Source of the DNA: a virus | Taxonomy: Duplodnaviria > Caudoviricetes | IMG/VR virus record: IMGVR_UViG_3300032038_000003 | Span: 96,001 to 160,000 of that record | Length of the DNA: 64,000 nucleotides | Reading direction: 5' to 3' (one strand) | Part shown: positions 49,801 through 58,206 of the stretch, in pieces | Layout: each line of letters opens with the position of its first letter | Numbering within the stretch: the stretch's first letter is position 1 | The notes under the pieces: model-generated | What the model was told of the DNA's origin: nothing | The model's database searches: none | What the model saw: only the letters and a program-made list of their open reading frames with translations | Made by a program: the position numbers and the translations under genes

Positions 49801-51057
49801 ATTAATCTTTACATAAGAGTTATTTAAAGTAATACTGTTAGGCTTATTAGTAATTTTATTTAATAAATTTATTGCTCTTTGAACAATATTAAAGTGTGAG
49901 GTGTCATCAACAGATCCTCCAACATGATTAAATAATTGTAATGTAGCTAACGAGTCTTCATAAGCATTATGAGCAAGAGACTGCGTATATCCAATACTAC
50001 TTGTCATTGCTTCTGTAAATGCTTCAAGTGAGCCAAGTCTATTATTAGTAACACTTGGGTTTATCTGTTTTACTAATTCACCAACTGTAGCATTATTAGC
50101 ACTCGCCCATGCTCTTAATGCAAACATAGAATCTGCATATTGAAAGTTGTTTGATAAACCTTTAAAACTATGCATACTAGCATAGCGATTCATTGCATTA
50201 ACATCATATTCAAGATTCTGTCCTATAATGGCTCTATTATTTTTTTTATTTTTAGTAAATCCATTAATATAAGATATTAATTCTTCTATCTGTGTATCTC
50301 TATTAGGATTATAGTGAGAAGCCATATTTTCTATACCAGACTGTATATCTTTAATACTGTCTGGATTAGAAATATTAAGCTGATTTACAAAAGTATAAGT
50401 CTTGCCATTCCATTCTCCCTGAAAAGTTGAAAATCCATGAGATCCAAGCGTACTATGACGAGACGCTCTTTCCATAGCAGATTTTTCTGCATCTGTCAGT
50501 TTTTGACCGTTAATCTTTTTCTGCAATACATCTTCAAGCCACTTTTTCTGCTTAGAGTCTATACCAAAAAAGAAAGACCCTGGTGGATTTGTTACTGTAC
50601 GAGCATTACTATAGTTTTTGCTAATAGCCCCCTTATGATGTTCAACGGCAAAGCCTATTTCTGTAATACCAATATTTTCAACAGCTCTTCTTTCGGCTTC
50701 ATCGTTTGATAATAAATTACCAGCAAAGTCACCTATTGTTTCTGTATCGAAGGCAAGGATATTACCACCATTTTTCATGATTTTATCCAGTGCCCACCAT
50801 GCTTTTCTATTATCGTATAGATTATTTTCTGCTCTGTGTAATACAAAATTAAATGGTTCATTATCCCATTTTGCTTTACCTATATTTGTTAAACGTTGTG
50901 CTACAAATACATCACGAGCAGCCCAATAGTCTTCTGCGTCAGTTGTGCCTGTAACTTCCATAAACTTATCCATTGGCGTCCATTGAAGGTCTGGATTGTT
51001 CATAAAAGCAAATGTATTTGGTGCTGTGTAATTACTTCCAAATAATGTAATTGGCAT
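40882..51057 (-). CDS. Giant tape-measure-locus protein (3391 aa): DEDDh exonuclease plus putative single-chain two-barrel RNA polymerase
   Basis: Exonuclease motifs FDTET, GQNLEYD, AHNAYED. Polymerase motifs TYEG, GTKIMAGEEK, GRYP, NLDFDGD (43972-43992), KEYIG, EQKGIDTKH. C-terminal hydrophobic GGAIAGGAAVLGLVG. Confidence 0.75.
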   Translation of the reverse strand: MPITLFGSNYTAPNTFAFMNNPDLQWTPMDKFMEVTGTTDAEDYWAARDVFVAQRLTNIGKAKWDNEPFNFVLHRAENNLYDNRKAWWALDKIMKNGGNILAFDTETIGDFAGNLLSNDEAERRAVENIGITEIGFAVEHHKGAISKNYSNARTVTNPPGSFFFGIDSKQKKWLEDVLQKKINGQKLTDAEKSAMERASRHSTLGSHGFSTFQGEWNGKTYTFVNQLNISNPDSIKDIQSGIENMASHYNPNRDTQIEELISYINGFTKNKKNNRAIIGQNLEYDVNAMNRYASMHSFKGLSNNFQYADSMFALRAWASANNATVGELVKQINPSVTNNRLGSLEAFTEAMTSSIGYTQSLAHNAYEDSLATLQLFNHVGGSVDDTSHFNIVQRAINLLNKITNKPNSITLNNSYVKINSKGNIRSQDVVVIDGQATTGYSVSNQYWKFSGVGSTQYDGLEWNDHTIAKTSNKYLARFESVNNSGATLFKAFEGEADFKAWLTNHTSLVHQTEANIDLQNTIHDRDIARRVIDGFFDVGQVSAYRSNGQTVQAGGFASFQNYYKMYQDLASLSDEAVSSMHLLDTNRKEIKTVAGMLSNISTGNNITNIIDYADKNQIDSITSHFRNSKVAQSLTAYQAGIRRYDERKIMQQTFNMFDANKEFFSFANSEITKIDTNLSRTIAFSTMRDDYLKTATSTKPFIGKTYTIDDLNSVMVPNGSSYARINVEDINKGSRQLLNTYRQKGMSESEVADKLLGAAKTLKENGLLTTEDLSVIQKTHGFVIQKTHGASSQAYSIAQSIVTHMSANSVPVRKLGYQTVGDVKELLDGGFSIDEVAQTYGIHPETLQFIQNKDKGSILLESATSNMAFVTGKLSDEVKTKTTENINRLSKSVLIKDNFDITKVNGRDVDNFSKIRDVLRSMNYDDESINEYSTIYYTNYKGKSNIALYNKNLENGQDAVRSLFFKSQTKDGSAFAIFTRDKDYSSVYETLSNLDSNASNRRIKEALEGKASYLEIPYLKVFNLEENDTIRKLTGGVKDADGKWSGGHGARAVLVKQGDNFYRYDTLSLNMYEKDGVIKGGIKDQGGSYLTSIRQRMQPALEANSVGDYRRAISLLNNPNIARMSDEASPQMNGTYDLHGNFVKRHSVSVKDIEYAHTIALDPGEGNLGLLDLTKKLTSDAGYNAANGKSVQAENALRGIFKAFNDEYNLIYAEDKTQIFNQSAINSVYDSEPFKHFYQRYLTSQTDGIGSDRNIIEGIINGTNTHGLQDVEINAIKALQGDSFLQILSKASEDNNIISKDLSNALHLLAYEAGLDAVGSESFAHKMMMHIDNWNPGMMNNSGSSGIIRPTYTQRGNYRSYRLDEHFFTDTDYLQTRLGINFGDVYTTKQEVDSIRMMDTQVLKEAGEAVTAQNISRRNIIGAVQSISDAEIRANESKAIEYIKRNLGDLDEEAAIKVYRRMVNDINTYEGKAYIRPSIANQEFFVLGDPKNIRSPQIKSIFEIGTETEQQETANVLNQLIGNKLENGTVIGRKLNRNGKFTDIIYKGQTVPEFTQKNAVELMSTGKTQAIVERQLEGTKIMAGEEKATAETFSYYMSMDANERVKEIQQTLESVGLKTTGDFKEDVRLLNRYTDLVMDAIAPNETKFKTVAIFDNNIFKHLSDTSIDSRWNIIASTFKDDIQKNGFEKSEFYKIINQELRDHLSYDEISGAIMFDNPMDNESINRLDALVNSLRKSNNAIAQEAIKTIDYFEQNNIALQSIQRQQMNTFEGQAFKMDQRLYQALVMQDTGDYVNGNGAKLAEHIRSSIQNGTYDKTIAGVGLKNIDRTWSDIVRSRRGTLSPEFESRMVSGTFDAIDYINGKFDINAKNIIKVDAQDLLSRIHKGAGTEAYANFIFRVDGKDTPYIQSLAGLGNNSVRLEYKSNSFYLDLLKYGEFKFNNRKMTGIVLPYQYLRTTDEDMFLGKSTQATIKFFRTLKELDVNGSKNADKISSALQDLFQAYGKELNAADKNSLLTKALYKMNMPNSYGALAKDAIVPTLPMSSDDIANIRNLEYSLSKSLEQTGSYNSKSLQSLAAAYQKRKNLLNERVAKIKNEKTDVVSLLNITSGNEKYAQYLRHYDDNGVLIGDVIESAITTSKQMFKDTEMDTGHIGWQIVQDYFSGDSAGLTHYDDISRFHYQDTPGNVTYDLSKGIQYEASKFNITNQELYDALQQLRTTFDGTNHQEWANNTAYAIDKILSSHGDYFTKQKTAVKTFNQRTNSYINDLFALSNLDDGINGLNKSITSEDQRTFLMQINSLFENVGDRYAREVGILGLTGRYPFFNETGVLPVRIYLDDLMQGHEVRFLGPQFSILQNLDFDGDREFIKFLGNGGLLAKNANKESEYNLMKTQFENMNLHNKNIFAKSLKDSIKDYRYGDEASFKASLLKDLDKAAYDNAENNFMMAIKNESPEDYELLLKDDNKDIKSLLIAHSKQIREQFAQFDERVGRSINNPDMIKAAIQARIAKEYIGNYSKPNLEIRDAMTYMMSLATDKKELDSLRDIRRVLFTFENGEPGGLLTLLEQKGIDTKHVHDAATLNNSSAWRIGVAQLFANANGAEKINQDKIQEAMTDLVEGARKVFFADSSQTNSELAQEIMGKSFTEWNKSLKTALQIAEDTDDFNLLGKIYLSGLYDLSQHENAYAGYHSSFRTSYLPKLLSGVQDLDSDGLNELIKGNFTLDMPVRKMLKAGMSKTDDALNIFGRALRNGDILTYAGKNGPIGLVFKGFVQDKENGPIKVNLSEFDFLTGQEGKAISQIDPKWNPVTIRQLNENIKKYKGRNLLNVTDIDTPEWNLNIRNITTGNLPQVQKHIGALTIENNLQWLFDNVNDASFEARFNESINASTIIQGYNPHIKLGTTLANIVGTDSVALKRRITDINERLQFGIENGMIEGSKDAKELIRSINKQIAANPNKNKNRITGNTAEETITEYLRDSNIKIKNNEFLVRDLNEVKLSNKISSEIENLIATRTENVNKIAKDFYDSITNTDTSEVTAFDNAKKLYQTEVDNTTKDIFKSLSQAKNAEEEMIYRFGWDKFARNDDFILSLNNVKIKDVLDTRISNARIGYGQFTGTRILDLSGNQIHSIRTEIDDALNTLATDSLEYKAALNTKEILSVVNRNTNATTIGLDFTNADTLRESYKAVFNPDALNNLSKTFTEEAASQAKENAAKAAREASEGIQKKTLLKEIGESFKNISPETGKRLKIGGAIAGGAAVLGLVGHALFTKQDNDSVEVPDSVERQLTSQDVKGVKINNKNGLQYRNQASDAQTTQRSHKKIAPPSIPSALKNKTIYHDAASGFNFKVSAQSYNKLQAQSYQRMMNQSGVNNGQVNITRDNSKITDNWLENKFAQLTE
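48691..48736. repeat. In-frame 24-bp tandem duplication (VIQKTHG-F-VIQKTHG)
   Basis: tccatgtgtcttttgaattaca occurs twice with a 24-nt period. Confidence 0.9.
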
Positions 51058-51068
51058 GTAAATCTCTC

Positions 51069-54000
51069 CTAACTATAATTAAGATTCTTAATCTGGTAAT
51101 CTACTTCTGATCTGGTATCCTGTCTAATATTAAAGTCAGATGAATCACCATTTATACCATTCATATAAGAGACTTGGACACTATTTAAACCGTTACTGCC
51201 TAATATTCTGGTTAATTGTGCCTGTACTCTTCTTGGGTCATTACGAGTTCTTATTTTTGGAATAGGGATATTAACTTGGTCAGCTTTCCGTTTGTTATCA
51301 GTCCAGATATCAAATTCACCAGGATCTAATCCGTTAGCATTGACCATCTTAATCTTAACATCTTCAAGATCTGTATCTTCTTGCCATCCTACCCAATTTT
51401 CATCTGGTAATGCATGATTTTTAAAGTATTCTGTAAGCTCTGGTTTTTCGTCAACATGCATACCCCAAGAAGCTTGTAATGCCCGTCGTAAATAACTTGG
51501 AGCTATTCTAAGTATCTTTTGCTTTTCTTCTTCTGGTGCTTCTACTAACTTAGAATAATATTGTCTTTCTTTCTTAGGTAAAGCAGCCATTATATTTCTT
51601 ACATCGTCACCAGGATCATATCCGTACATAGTACGTTCTGCGGCCTGTTTATAAGAAATAGCTTTAATAGCATTTAATGGCAATTTTTCTACTTTTCTGT
51701 CATTAGATATCTCAGCAAGTTCTTTATTAATAGCTCTTACAACTTCTTTTTTGGATTGCCCTTTTTCTTCATATTTAGGCTCTCCATACTTAAAATTATA
51801 ATTACCACGATGCTTGAAATCAAGTTTAACAAGGCGTTTGTAGTTGTTTAATTCTTGCTGTCTAGCCTTATTATCTTCGCCTTTTTGCTCTTGTTTTTCG
51901 ATATATGCATCAACATCAAAGTGATCTTTCTTTTTAGCGAGTTCCTTATATTGATTGTAAAGTTTAGTGTTTTTAACATATTTAAGGGTATCAATATAAG
52001 TATTCATTTCTTCTTGCTGTCTACGTCTCTTAGGTCTCCATTCACGATCCTTATTAGAACCAAGATGATGTATAGTAGTTCCTATAGCTGGCACAGCAGC
52101 ACCAAATATGGTAGCGATCATTTTACCGTATGGGCCTTTACCCATCATGCTACCAAGAAATGCACCGCCAACAATAGCACCAATTGGATGTTGAGAAGAC
52201 AAGTCTTCTACAGTAGGAACTACGAAATCTCTAATAGGGTGATTCCAAGATTTGAAATCTTTATTATACACTTCACGTTTACGGTATTGTTCATAAGGAC
52301 TTCTAATCTGGAAGAACTTATCACCTATAAACGGTAATTTAGATGCACTATGAGTTAAGGTCTCCATCATAGAACCAAAAGCTATATCTCCTTTGGAATA
52401 TCTTGCATGGATTCCAGCTGGAGAATCATCGGTTTCTTTCTCTTTAGCAAGACCTTTATCAAGCATACGTCTATTAAGATTAGTACCTTTTGCATTAACG
52501 ATAGCCCTAATTGACTGTGTAGAGTCTTTATTATATTTGTTACGTTCATCAGCATCATATTGAATGGTAATACGTTGACCAGGCTTGAGATACTTTCTCA
52601 ATTCGTCATTTGCAGCTTGGTTCATTGTTTTACCAGTTCTAACTGTACGCTCTCTACCAGTAGCCTTATTAATTTCTTTCTTTTCTTTAACGGTAGGCTT
52701 ATATAACGTACTATTGGACTCTGAAACATTAATGCCAGCAAATTTAATAGCGTGTTCTTTACCATATTCGTTAACAATAATGGTATTATTATCTATTATC
52801 TCTTTAACGGTAACCTTTTCTGATTTTAAGTTTGCTGTCTTAAACTTATAATCATATACTCTTAAAGGTTCTTTTTGCTCCTGCATACGCTCACGAGCAG
52901 CTTTGACTTCTTTCTTTTCTGCTTCTGATAAATGAGCATGAGAAACTTGAGCAGATATATCTTTAAACTCTTGAGAGTACGGAGCAGTATCTGCGAGTAT
53001 TTTGTATTTCTCTACAAGAGAATATAAATCTCCTCTTGAGATTTCGCCTGTCTGTAAACCAGTATATATATCTTTCTTGGCATCATTAAGATTTTGGATA
53101 CTTGAGCGTAAATCTTTTTTATTAAATCTTACTCTTGCTTTATATATATCATCTGGGTTTTCTTTATCATAATAATAAACATAACCTCTGCCCTTGGTAT
53201 TATTTAAAGCATATAAATCATAATTCATTTCGTAATAATCTTGATTACGAATATTATGACCTTGCTGGAGTCTTTTGAATTCGTCAGAACTTACGCCTCG
53301 AATATTAATCAAAGACTCTCCAGTGCGTGAATGATAATCTTTTATTCTTGCATCTACAAGACCAGATATATCATGCTGAGCGTCATTAAATTTAATTCTT
53401 GAACCCAATAAAACATCTGCATCTCTAAAATGGTCTAATATTTTAGAGACAAACTCTTCTACTTGATTAAGATTTTGGATATCATATTGGTCGTTAGTAA
53501 TTTCTTTAGGACGCTTATCACGTTTTAATGATTTGATATCTTCTTCTTGCTGATACGTTAAGTTAGTATCTTGATGCAAGAAATGTCTTACATGTGCAGA
53601 ACGTGAGTTGCCAATCATGCTGGCACTAATATTAAAGCTGAAATCTATATTGTTTAATCGCTCATATCCTTCACCTGGGAGCCTCTCTTCGCCATTCATG
53701 ATTTTAGAATAAGGATCGCCGTGTAAATAATCAGTAAAGTAATTAGATCCTGGCATCCAAGTAGGCATAGTATTCCTGATAGGATTTAAAAACTTTGTAT
53801 CGTTATCTCTTTTATGAATGAAACGACGAGAGATTTCCGAAAGTTCTCCGCCTAAACCACCAAGGTTCTGATTCCAAAATGATCTGTTCGCAGAATAAGC
53901 ATAACTTGATGTCTCTACTTTAGTAGAGCCAATGTTCTGCTCGCCAGTAAACATAGATTGAATCAAGAAACCTTTTAAACCATAGATATTAGCAATATCG

Positions 54001-57000
54001 TTAAACTCTTCTCCGATATTCCATAAAATATCATTATCGGTTTTTTGTGATTCTTCTTCTTGATATCCTTTATCATATTCGTTTATACTAATACGCTGAT
54101 TAGTACCATAAATCTTATTTAAAGAATAATGTTTAATCTCTTCGTTGACTTTATATAAGTTAAGATTTTCTGGCACGTCAACAACAGATATGCTACCAGA
54201 TGGAGTAGTATAAACATCTAATGCAGTATCGTAACGATTATAATCTCTATAAGGTAATGTAGATGATTGTAATGGGCTTGCATATTCTTTTGCTTTAGTA
54301 AATAATCTTTGCTGAAAATTCTCTGCATCTGAATATGGTAATGTTCTTACAACATCTAACTTACCAGGAGTATTAGGATTATAAGCAACGGTATATGTTT
54401 TTAAGGCATTATCGTACAACGGTGTTTGTTTAAACTGAGTAAATGTATTATTAGTTTGTGGTGTACGAGCCTCTGTTAATGTTTTAGCTGTAAATAAGTC
54501 TAACAATCTTTGATTAGCAGCTTTATGATATTGTTCTTGAGTCTTTGTATTAATTTGATTGAATGTGTCTGTATCTATAAAAGCTTTTTCTAATGTCTTT
54601 AAAATATCGTTTATAAAGCCAGTTTTTGCTTTTGCAAAACTAGACTGACCAGTCATTAATAACTGGCTAGGTTTTTCATCTTCTGGATTAACAGTTTTTA
54701 AAGTACCGTCTGGATTCCAATATTCTTTGTGCATCTTATGACGGTATACCTGTCCTACAGTACCAGATACTAATGGACCAATCAAAGGAATATTTTCGCC
54801 TTTGGCAGCAGTTTCTGCATATGGTCTATCGTTATAATGCTTTTTATCCCAATGATTCGGGTCAGTAATAAAATGTCTGATAGGAGCTAATGGACTTACT
54901 AAATTAGGATACCAAGTATTTTGATAATATTCTTTACGAGAACCATACATGGTATCGCTATATTTAACATCAGCCTCTATACGACGATATATATTAGGTC
55001 TCCAGTGGTCAATTTTTGCACCAGTAAAAGGAGTATTAGAAACAGACCAGTAACGATTTTTACGTACTGGATCGTATCCTTTTTCGATATATTCCTTACG
55101 TTCTTCTGCTGTTTGACCAAGACCTAATTGATATATTCCAGGTAACTCATTAAACTGATCAGATCCTGGTGTCATTTCTTGAAGATACTTAAATATCTTT
55201 GTAAATCCTAATGTGTCACCAAGTTTGTGTGCTCCTATATCAATAGGTTTCACAACGTCTCGCATTAATGTTTTACCAAGAGTATCAGTTTTACCTTGTT
55301 CACGTTCCTCTTTACTAGTAAATAATGGCTCAGAGAAATAGTTAATCATACCAGGAATCTGAGTTAACATGAATACTGGCAATGCTCTTTTTACTAATAA
55401 ATTTCCAACTAATGCTCCAGTAGAACGTTTAGATTTAAGACTCAATCCCAATCCAATACTAGCAAGACCAGAATCGAGTACATTAAATACATCGTACAAT
55501 GTAGAAGATTTTTCATTAAAGTATTTCCCCATTGTACCATCTGCTTTGAAACCAGAAAAACGCTGTCCAAAAAATCCTTTAAGATCATCTACGAATTTTT
55601 CTTGATTTTTATCTTTTGTATCTTGTATTAAATCGCTAAAGTTAATACCTTGTTTTGTTAATATTATGTTTTTCCCATGTACTTTTGTACCATTTTTAGT
55701 GATAAAATCATCAAAGCCTTTACCAAATGCCATGTTATATGATTTATCTCTAATATTAGATGCAGCTTCTTCGTAAGTAGCATATTGAAAATTGTCTGTT
55801 TTAAATAAATTAGAATGAGAAACTTTATCTAATAAATCATCAAAAGTATTGTCTGGGTTAAATGAATCACCTATATTTCCAGCACCACCATCACTAAGGC
55901 TTACAAATTCTTGATGTCCAATATCTAATATATCACCAATTCTTTTTCTAATTTTTTGGCTAAATGTTAAGTTAGCAAAAGGAATGTCTTCTCTAACATC
56001 TTTATTAAGATGATAGTTAGCCATTTGACGCATTGTTTCTACGTGATGAGGCATTTTAAATTTTTTATCTACATCTGAAATATCCCAAGCATCAAAACCA
56101 GAACCTATAAACTCTTTAGTACCTCCAGTACCAAGAGCATAAAGGTCTCCATCTGCAAATAATAAATGAAATGTTTCGTCAAAATTATTAAATCTTTTCT
56201 GAAGAGCGGTATTTATATCATCACCTATTCTACCGCCTTTACCAGAAATATATGGTGAATAATTACCAACACCATTGATTAATGCAAATGAAGTATCTCT
56301 ACGGTTAAACATATTGTCTAACGGAGTGACTTTAATAGCACTATCAATAGGGTTAAATCCTAATACTGGTAAACCAAAATCTTTTCTTATAGAGTTAGTA
56401 AAGAATCTTAAGGCATCTTCGCCCATCATATAGTTAATAATATTGTCGCCTTTTGCATTGATGTTTAATGCTGGATCTATAATAAATTTCTTCCAGACAT
56501 CATCAAAGTTACCTAATGCACCTATTTTATCGCCTTGCTGATAAAGATAATTCGTATTAGTAAGAAAGCCTGTCATAGTTTGTAATACAGTTCTTTCGTC
56601 TTTACCAACGGTTTCGTTAAGATTTATTTTAAATTCATCAAAGAGTCTCTTTTCGTTAAAGCCTTCTTTAAAAATTAATTTCTTTTCTTTTTTGTCAATA
56701 CCTTCGAAGATATCTCCAAAGGTGAGCGTCTTATATCCAGTGTGTTTAATCTGATACTGAGCTGCTTCATCAGTTAATGAGATACGACGAATAAAACGCT
56801 CCATTAAATCGGCACTAACACTATTTCCAGACTGATTTAATCCAGCTCTGTCAATACTACGCATAATATCATTCATTTCGTATGTGTGTTTAATAAAGCT
56901 AGATTCTTTAATACTGGCATTACGATGTTTAATTCTTTTTCGTCCATCTTCCATTAAAGCATTTGTACGTTCTTTTATAGTACGTTTAATAACATCTTTT

Positions 57001-57533
57001 GGTTGACCATCCATTTCTTCCATAATGGATTTACGTAACGCTTTAACTTCTGCTGTAGTATAACCTCTTGTGTCTTTTTCAATCATTTGATTGAGAATAT
57101 CTAAGTCTGCAACGGTATCATTAATAATACGTCTGGTATTAGTTGTGTATAATTGACCTCTTGCAAATGATTCTTTTAAATCTTGCCATAAATCATATCC
57201 AAGAGAAGAAGCTTTTTTAGCATTAAATAAGCTATGATCTGGACGCAGAAATTCTCCAGTATGACCATTAGCCCAGTTTTTCATAGCTTTTGAACGATGA
57301 TATCCTTGATTAGAAGACATTTCTGCAAAGGACGCACCTACTTCTTTCATTTTGCTTGCAATAGGGCGTAAAGCACCACTCTTGTATAAAGCTACACCGC
57401 CAGCAATTACAAGGCCAGCAGTAATAGCTTTTCCAAGAGTATCATTTTGATTTGCATCCTGTTTATCATCTATTGTTTGATTAGTAAGCAAATTACTATT
57501 GTTTTGCCTTAGTTTTTTGTTCTCTAAAGCCAT
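51069..57533 (-). CDS. Tape-measure-like/ejected protein (2154 aa) with degenerate PD-(D/E)XK (Cas4-like) and thermonuclease-like domains
   Basis: Directly follows the chaperone pair and has hydrophobic GxxxG segments. ISASMIG...ISGLVDARI...INIR...EMNYDL...GYVYY; VKEIIDNNT...IKFAGINVSE...NLNRRMLDKGLA. Confidence 0.7.
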   Translation of the reverse strand: MALENKKLRQNNSNLLTNQTIDDKQDANQNDTLGKAITAGLVIAGGVALYKSGALRPIASKMKEVGASFAEMSSNQGYHRSKAMKNWANGHTGEFLRPDHSLFNAKKASSLGYDLWQDLKESFARGQLYTTNTRRIINDTVADLDILNQMIEKDTRGYTTAEVKALRKSIMEEMDGQPKDVIKRTIKERTNALMEDGRKRIKHRNASIKESSFIKHTYEMNDIMRSIDRAGLNQSGNSVSADLMERFIRRISLTDEAAQYQIKHTGYKTLTFGDIFEGIDKKEKKLIFKEGFNEKRLFDEFKINLNETVGKDERTVLQTMTGFLTNTNYLYQQGDKIGALGNFDDVWKKFIIDPALNINAKGDNIINYMMGEDALRFFTNSIRKDFGLPVLGFNPIDSAIKVTPLDNMFNRRDTSFALINGVGNYSPYISGKGGRIGDDINTALQKRFNNFDETFHLLFADGDLYALGTGGTKEFIGSGFDAWDISDVDKKFKMPHHVETMRQMANYHLNKDVREDIPFANLTFSQKIRKRIGDILDIGHQEFVSLSDGGAGNIGDSFNPDNTFDDLLDKVSHSNLFKTDNFQYATYEEAASNIRDKSYNMAFGKGFDDFITKNGTKVHGKNIILTKQGINFSDLIQDTKDKNQEKFVDDLKGFFGQRFSGFKADGTMGKYFNEKSSTLYDVFNVLDSGLASIGLGLSLKSKRSTGALVGNLLVKRALPVFMLTQIPGMINYFSEPLFTSKEEREQGKTDTLGKTLMRDVVKPIDIGAHKLGDTLGFTKIFKYLQEMTPGSDQFNELPGIYQLGLGQTAEERKEYIEKGYDPVRKNRYWSVSNTPFTGAKIDHWRPNIYRRIEADVKYSDTMYGSRKEYYQNTWYPNLVSPLAPIRHFITDPNHWDKKHYNDRPYAETAAKGENIPLIGPLVSGTVGQVYRHKMHKEYWNPDGTLKTVNPEDEKPSQLLMTGQSSFAKAKTGFINDILKTLEKAFIDTDTFNQINTKTQEQYHKAANQRLLDLFTAKTLTEARTPQTNNTFTQFKQTPLYDNALKTYTVAYNPNTPGKLDVVRTLPYSDAENFQQRLFTKAKEYASPLQSSTLPYRDYNRYDTALDVYTTPSGSISVVDVPENLNLYKVNEEIKHYSLNKIYGTNQRISINEYDKGYQEEESQKTDNDILWNIGEEFNDIANIYGLKGFLIQSMFTGEQNIGSTKVETSSYAYSANRSFWNQNLGGLGGELSEISRRFIHKRDNDTKFLNPIRNTMPTWMPGSNYFTDYLHGDPYSKIMNGEERLPGEGYERLNNIDFSFNISASMIGNSRSAHVRHFLHQDTNLTYQQEEDIKSLKRDKRPKEITNDQYDIQNLNQVEEFVSKILDHFRDADVLLGSRIKFNDAQHDISGLVDARIKDYHSRTGESLINIRGVSSDEFKRLQQGHNIRNQDYYEMNYDLYALNNTKGRGYVYYYDKENPDDIYKARVRFNKKDLRSSIQNLNDAKKDIYTGLQTGEISRGDLYSLVEKYKILADTAPYSQEFKDISAQVSHAHLSEAEKKEVKAARERMQEQKEPLRVYDYKFKTANLKSEKVTVKEIIDNNTIIVNEYGKEHAIKFAGINVSESNSTLYKPTVKEKKEINKATGRERTVRTGKTMNQAANDELRKYLKPGQRITIQYDADERNKYNKDSTQSIRAIVNAKGTNLNRRMLDKGLAKEKETDDSPAGIHARYSKGDIAFGSMMETLTHSASKLPFIGDKFFQIRSPYEQYRKREVYNKDFKSWNHPIRDFVVPTVEDLSSQHPIGAIVGGAFLGSMMGKGPYGKMIATIFGAAVPAIGTTIHHLGSNKDREWRPKRRRQQEEMNTYIDTLKYVKNTKLYNQYKELAKKKDHFDVDAYIEKQEQKGEDNKARQQELNNYKRLVKLDFKHRGNYNFKYGEPKYEEKGQSKKEVVRAINKELAEISNDRKVEKLPLNAIKAISYKQAAERTMYGYDPGDDVRNIMAALPKKERQYYSKLVEAPEEEKQKILRIAPSYLRRALQASWGMHVDEKPELTEYFKNHALPDENWVGWQEDTDLEDVKIKMVNANGLDPGEFDIWTDNKRKADQVNIPIPKIRTRNDPRRVQAQLTRILGSNGLNSVQVSYMNGINGDSSDFNIRQDTRSEVDYQIKNLNYS

Positions 57534-58206
57534 TTAAAAGCTCCTTATTATTCCATGCCAATCCTATAATAAATGGATTATCAACCATGTTATTATTAGC
57601 ATTGACTTCTTTTTGTATTTCATCTTGAAATAGAATCAATGGGTTAATCTTTTTATTTAACGCATTCTGGATATCATCTTCGTTATGAATACTTGGTTTA
57701 TGTGTTTGCTGTTCTATGTCTTCAGAACGTTCGATATGATAATTATACCCTTGAAGATTAGCTATGTTTTCTGCACGAACAGTCATATCCATAAGTTTTT
57801 GCCATGTCCAGTCTTCCATTTCTTCGTATGTATAATCGCCAATAAATGCTTTGATTAAATCCATACATTGTTGATATAAATTGCTAGATGCTTTAGCGGC
57901 ATCATATTCATCAAAAATATCTTGTGAACTATCAAACGCAGATAGCTTTTTTAAATATCCAGCAATAACAGAAGGCAAGACGCCAAATTCACATTCTGAA
58001 AACTCGTATCCATCTGGATGTACACATGCAATATTACAAATAGCGGTTTCTTGTTTGAACTGATCAGAATACATTTTGAGTATCATTTCGTATTCTTTAA
58101 CAGTAAGTGTTCTGAATACAAAATCTTCGTTCGAAAAACGGACATAAATTAACTTATGTCCGCTGTATTCTTCTTTATAGTATTGTAATTTTTGGTCACT
58201 GATCAT
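57496..58206 (-). CDS. Tail assembly chaperone, second paralog
   Basis: FVFRTLTVKEY...ICNIACVHP...SAF parallels the neighbour. Lies directly before the tape-measure locus. Confidence 0.7.
   Translation of the reverse strand: MISDQKLQYYKEEYSGHKLIYVRFSNEDFVFRTLTVKEYEMILKMYSDQFKQETAICNIACVHPDGYEFSECEFGVLPSVIAGYLKKLSAFDSSQDIFDEYDAAKASSNLYQQCMDLIKAFIGDYTYEEMEDWTWQKLMDMTVRAENIANLQGYNYHIERSEDIEQQTHKPSIHNEDDIQNALNKKINPLILFQDEIQKEVNANNNMVDNPFIIGLAWNNKELLNGFREQKTKAKQ

Noticed and set aside
53090-53635. Cas4-like domain as evidence of a CRISPR-Cas system
   Set aside because: No array or other cas genes were seen. The domain is degenerate and embedded in a tail-locus protein.
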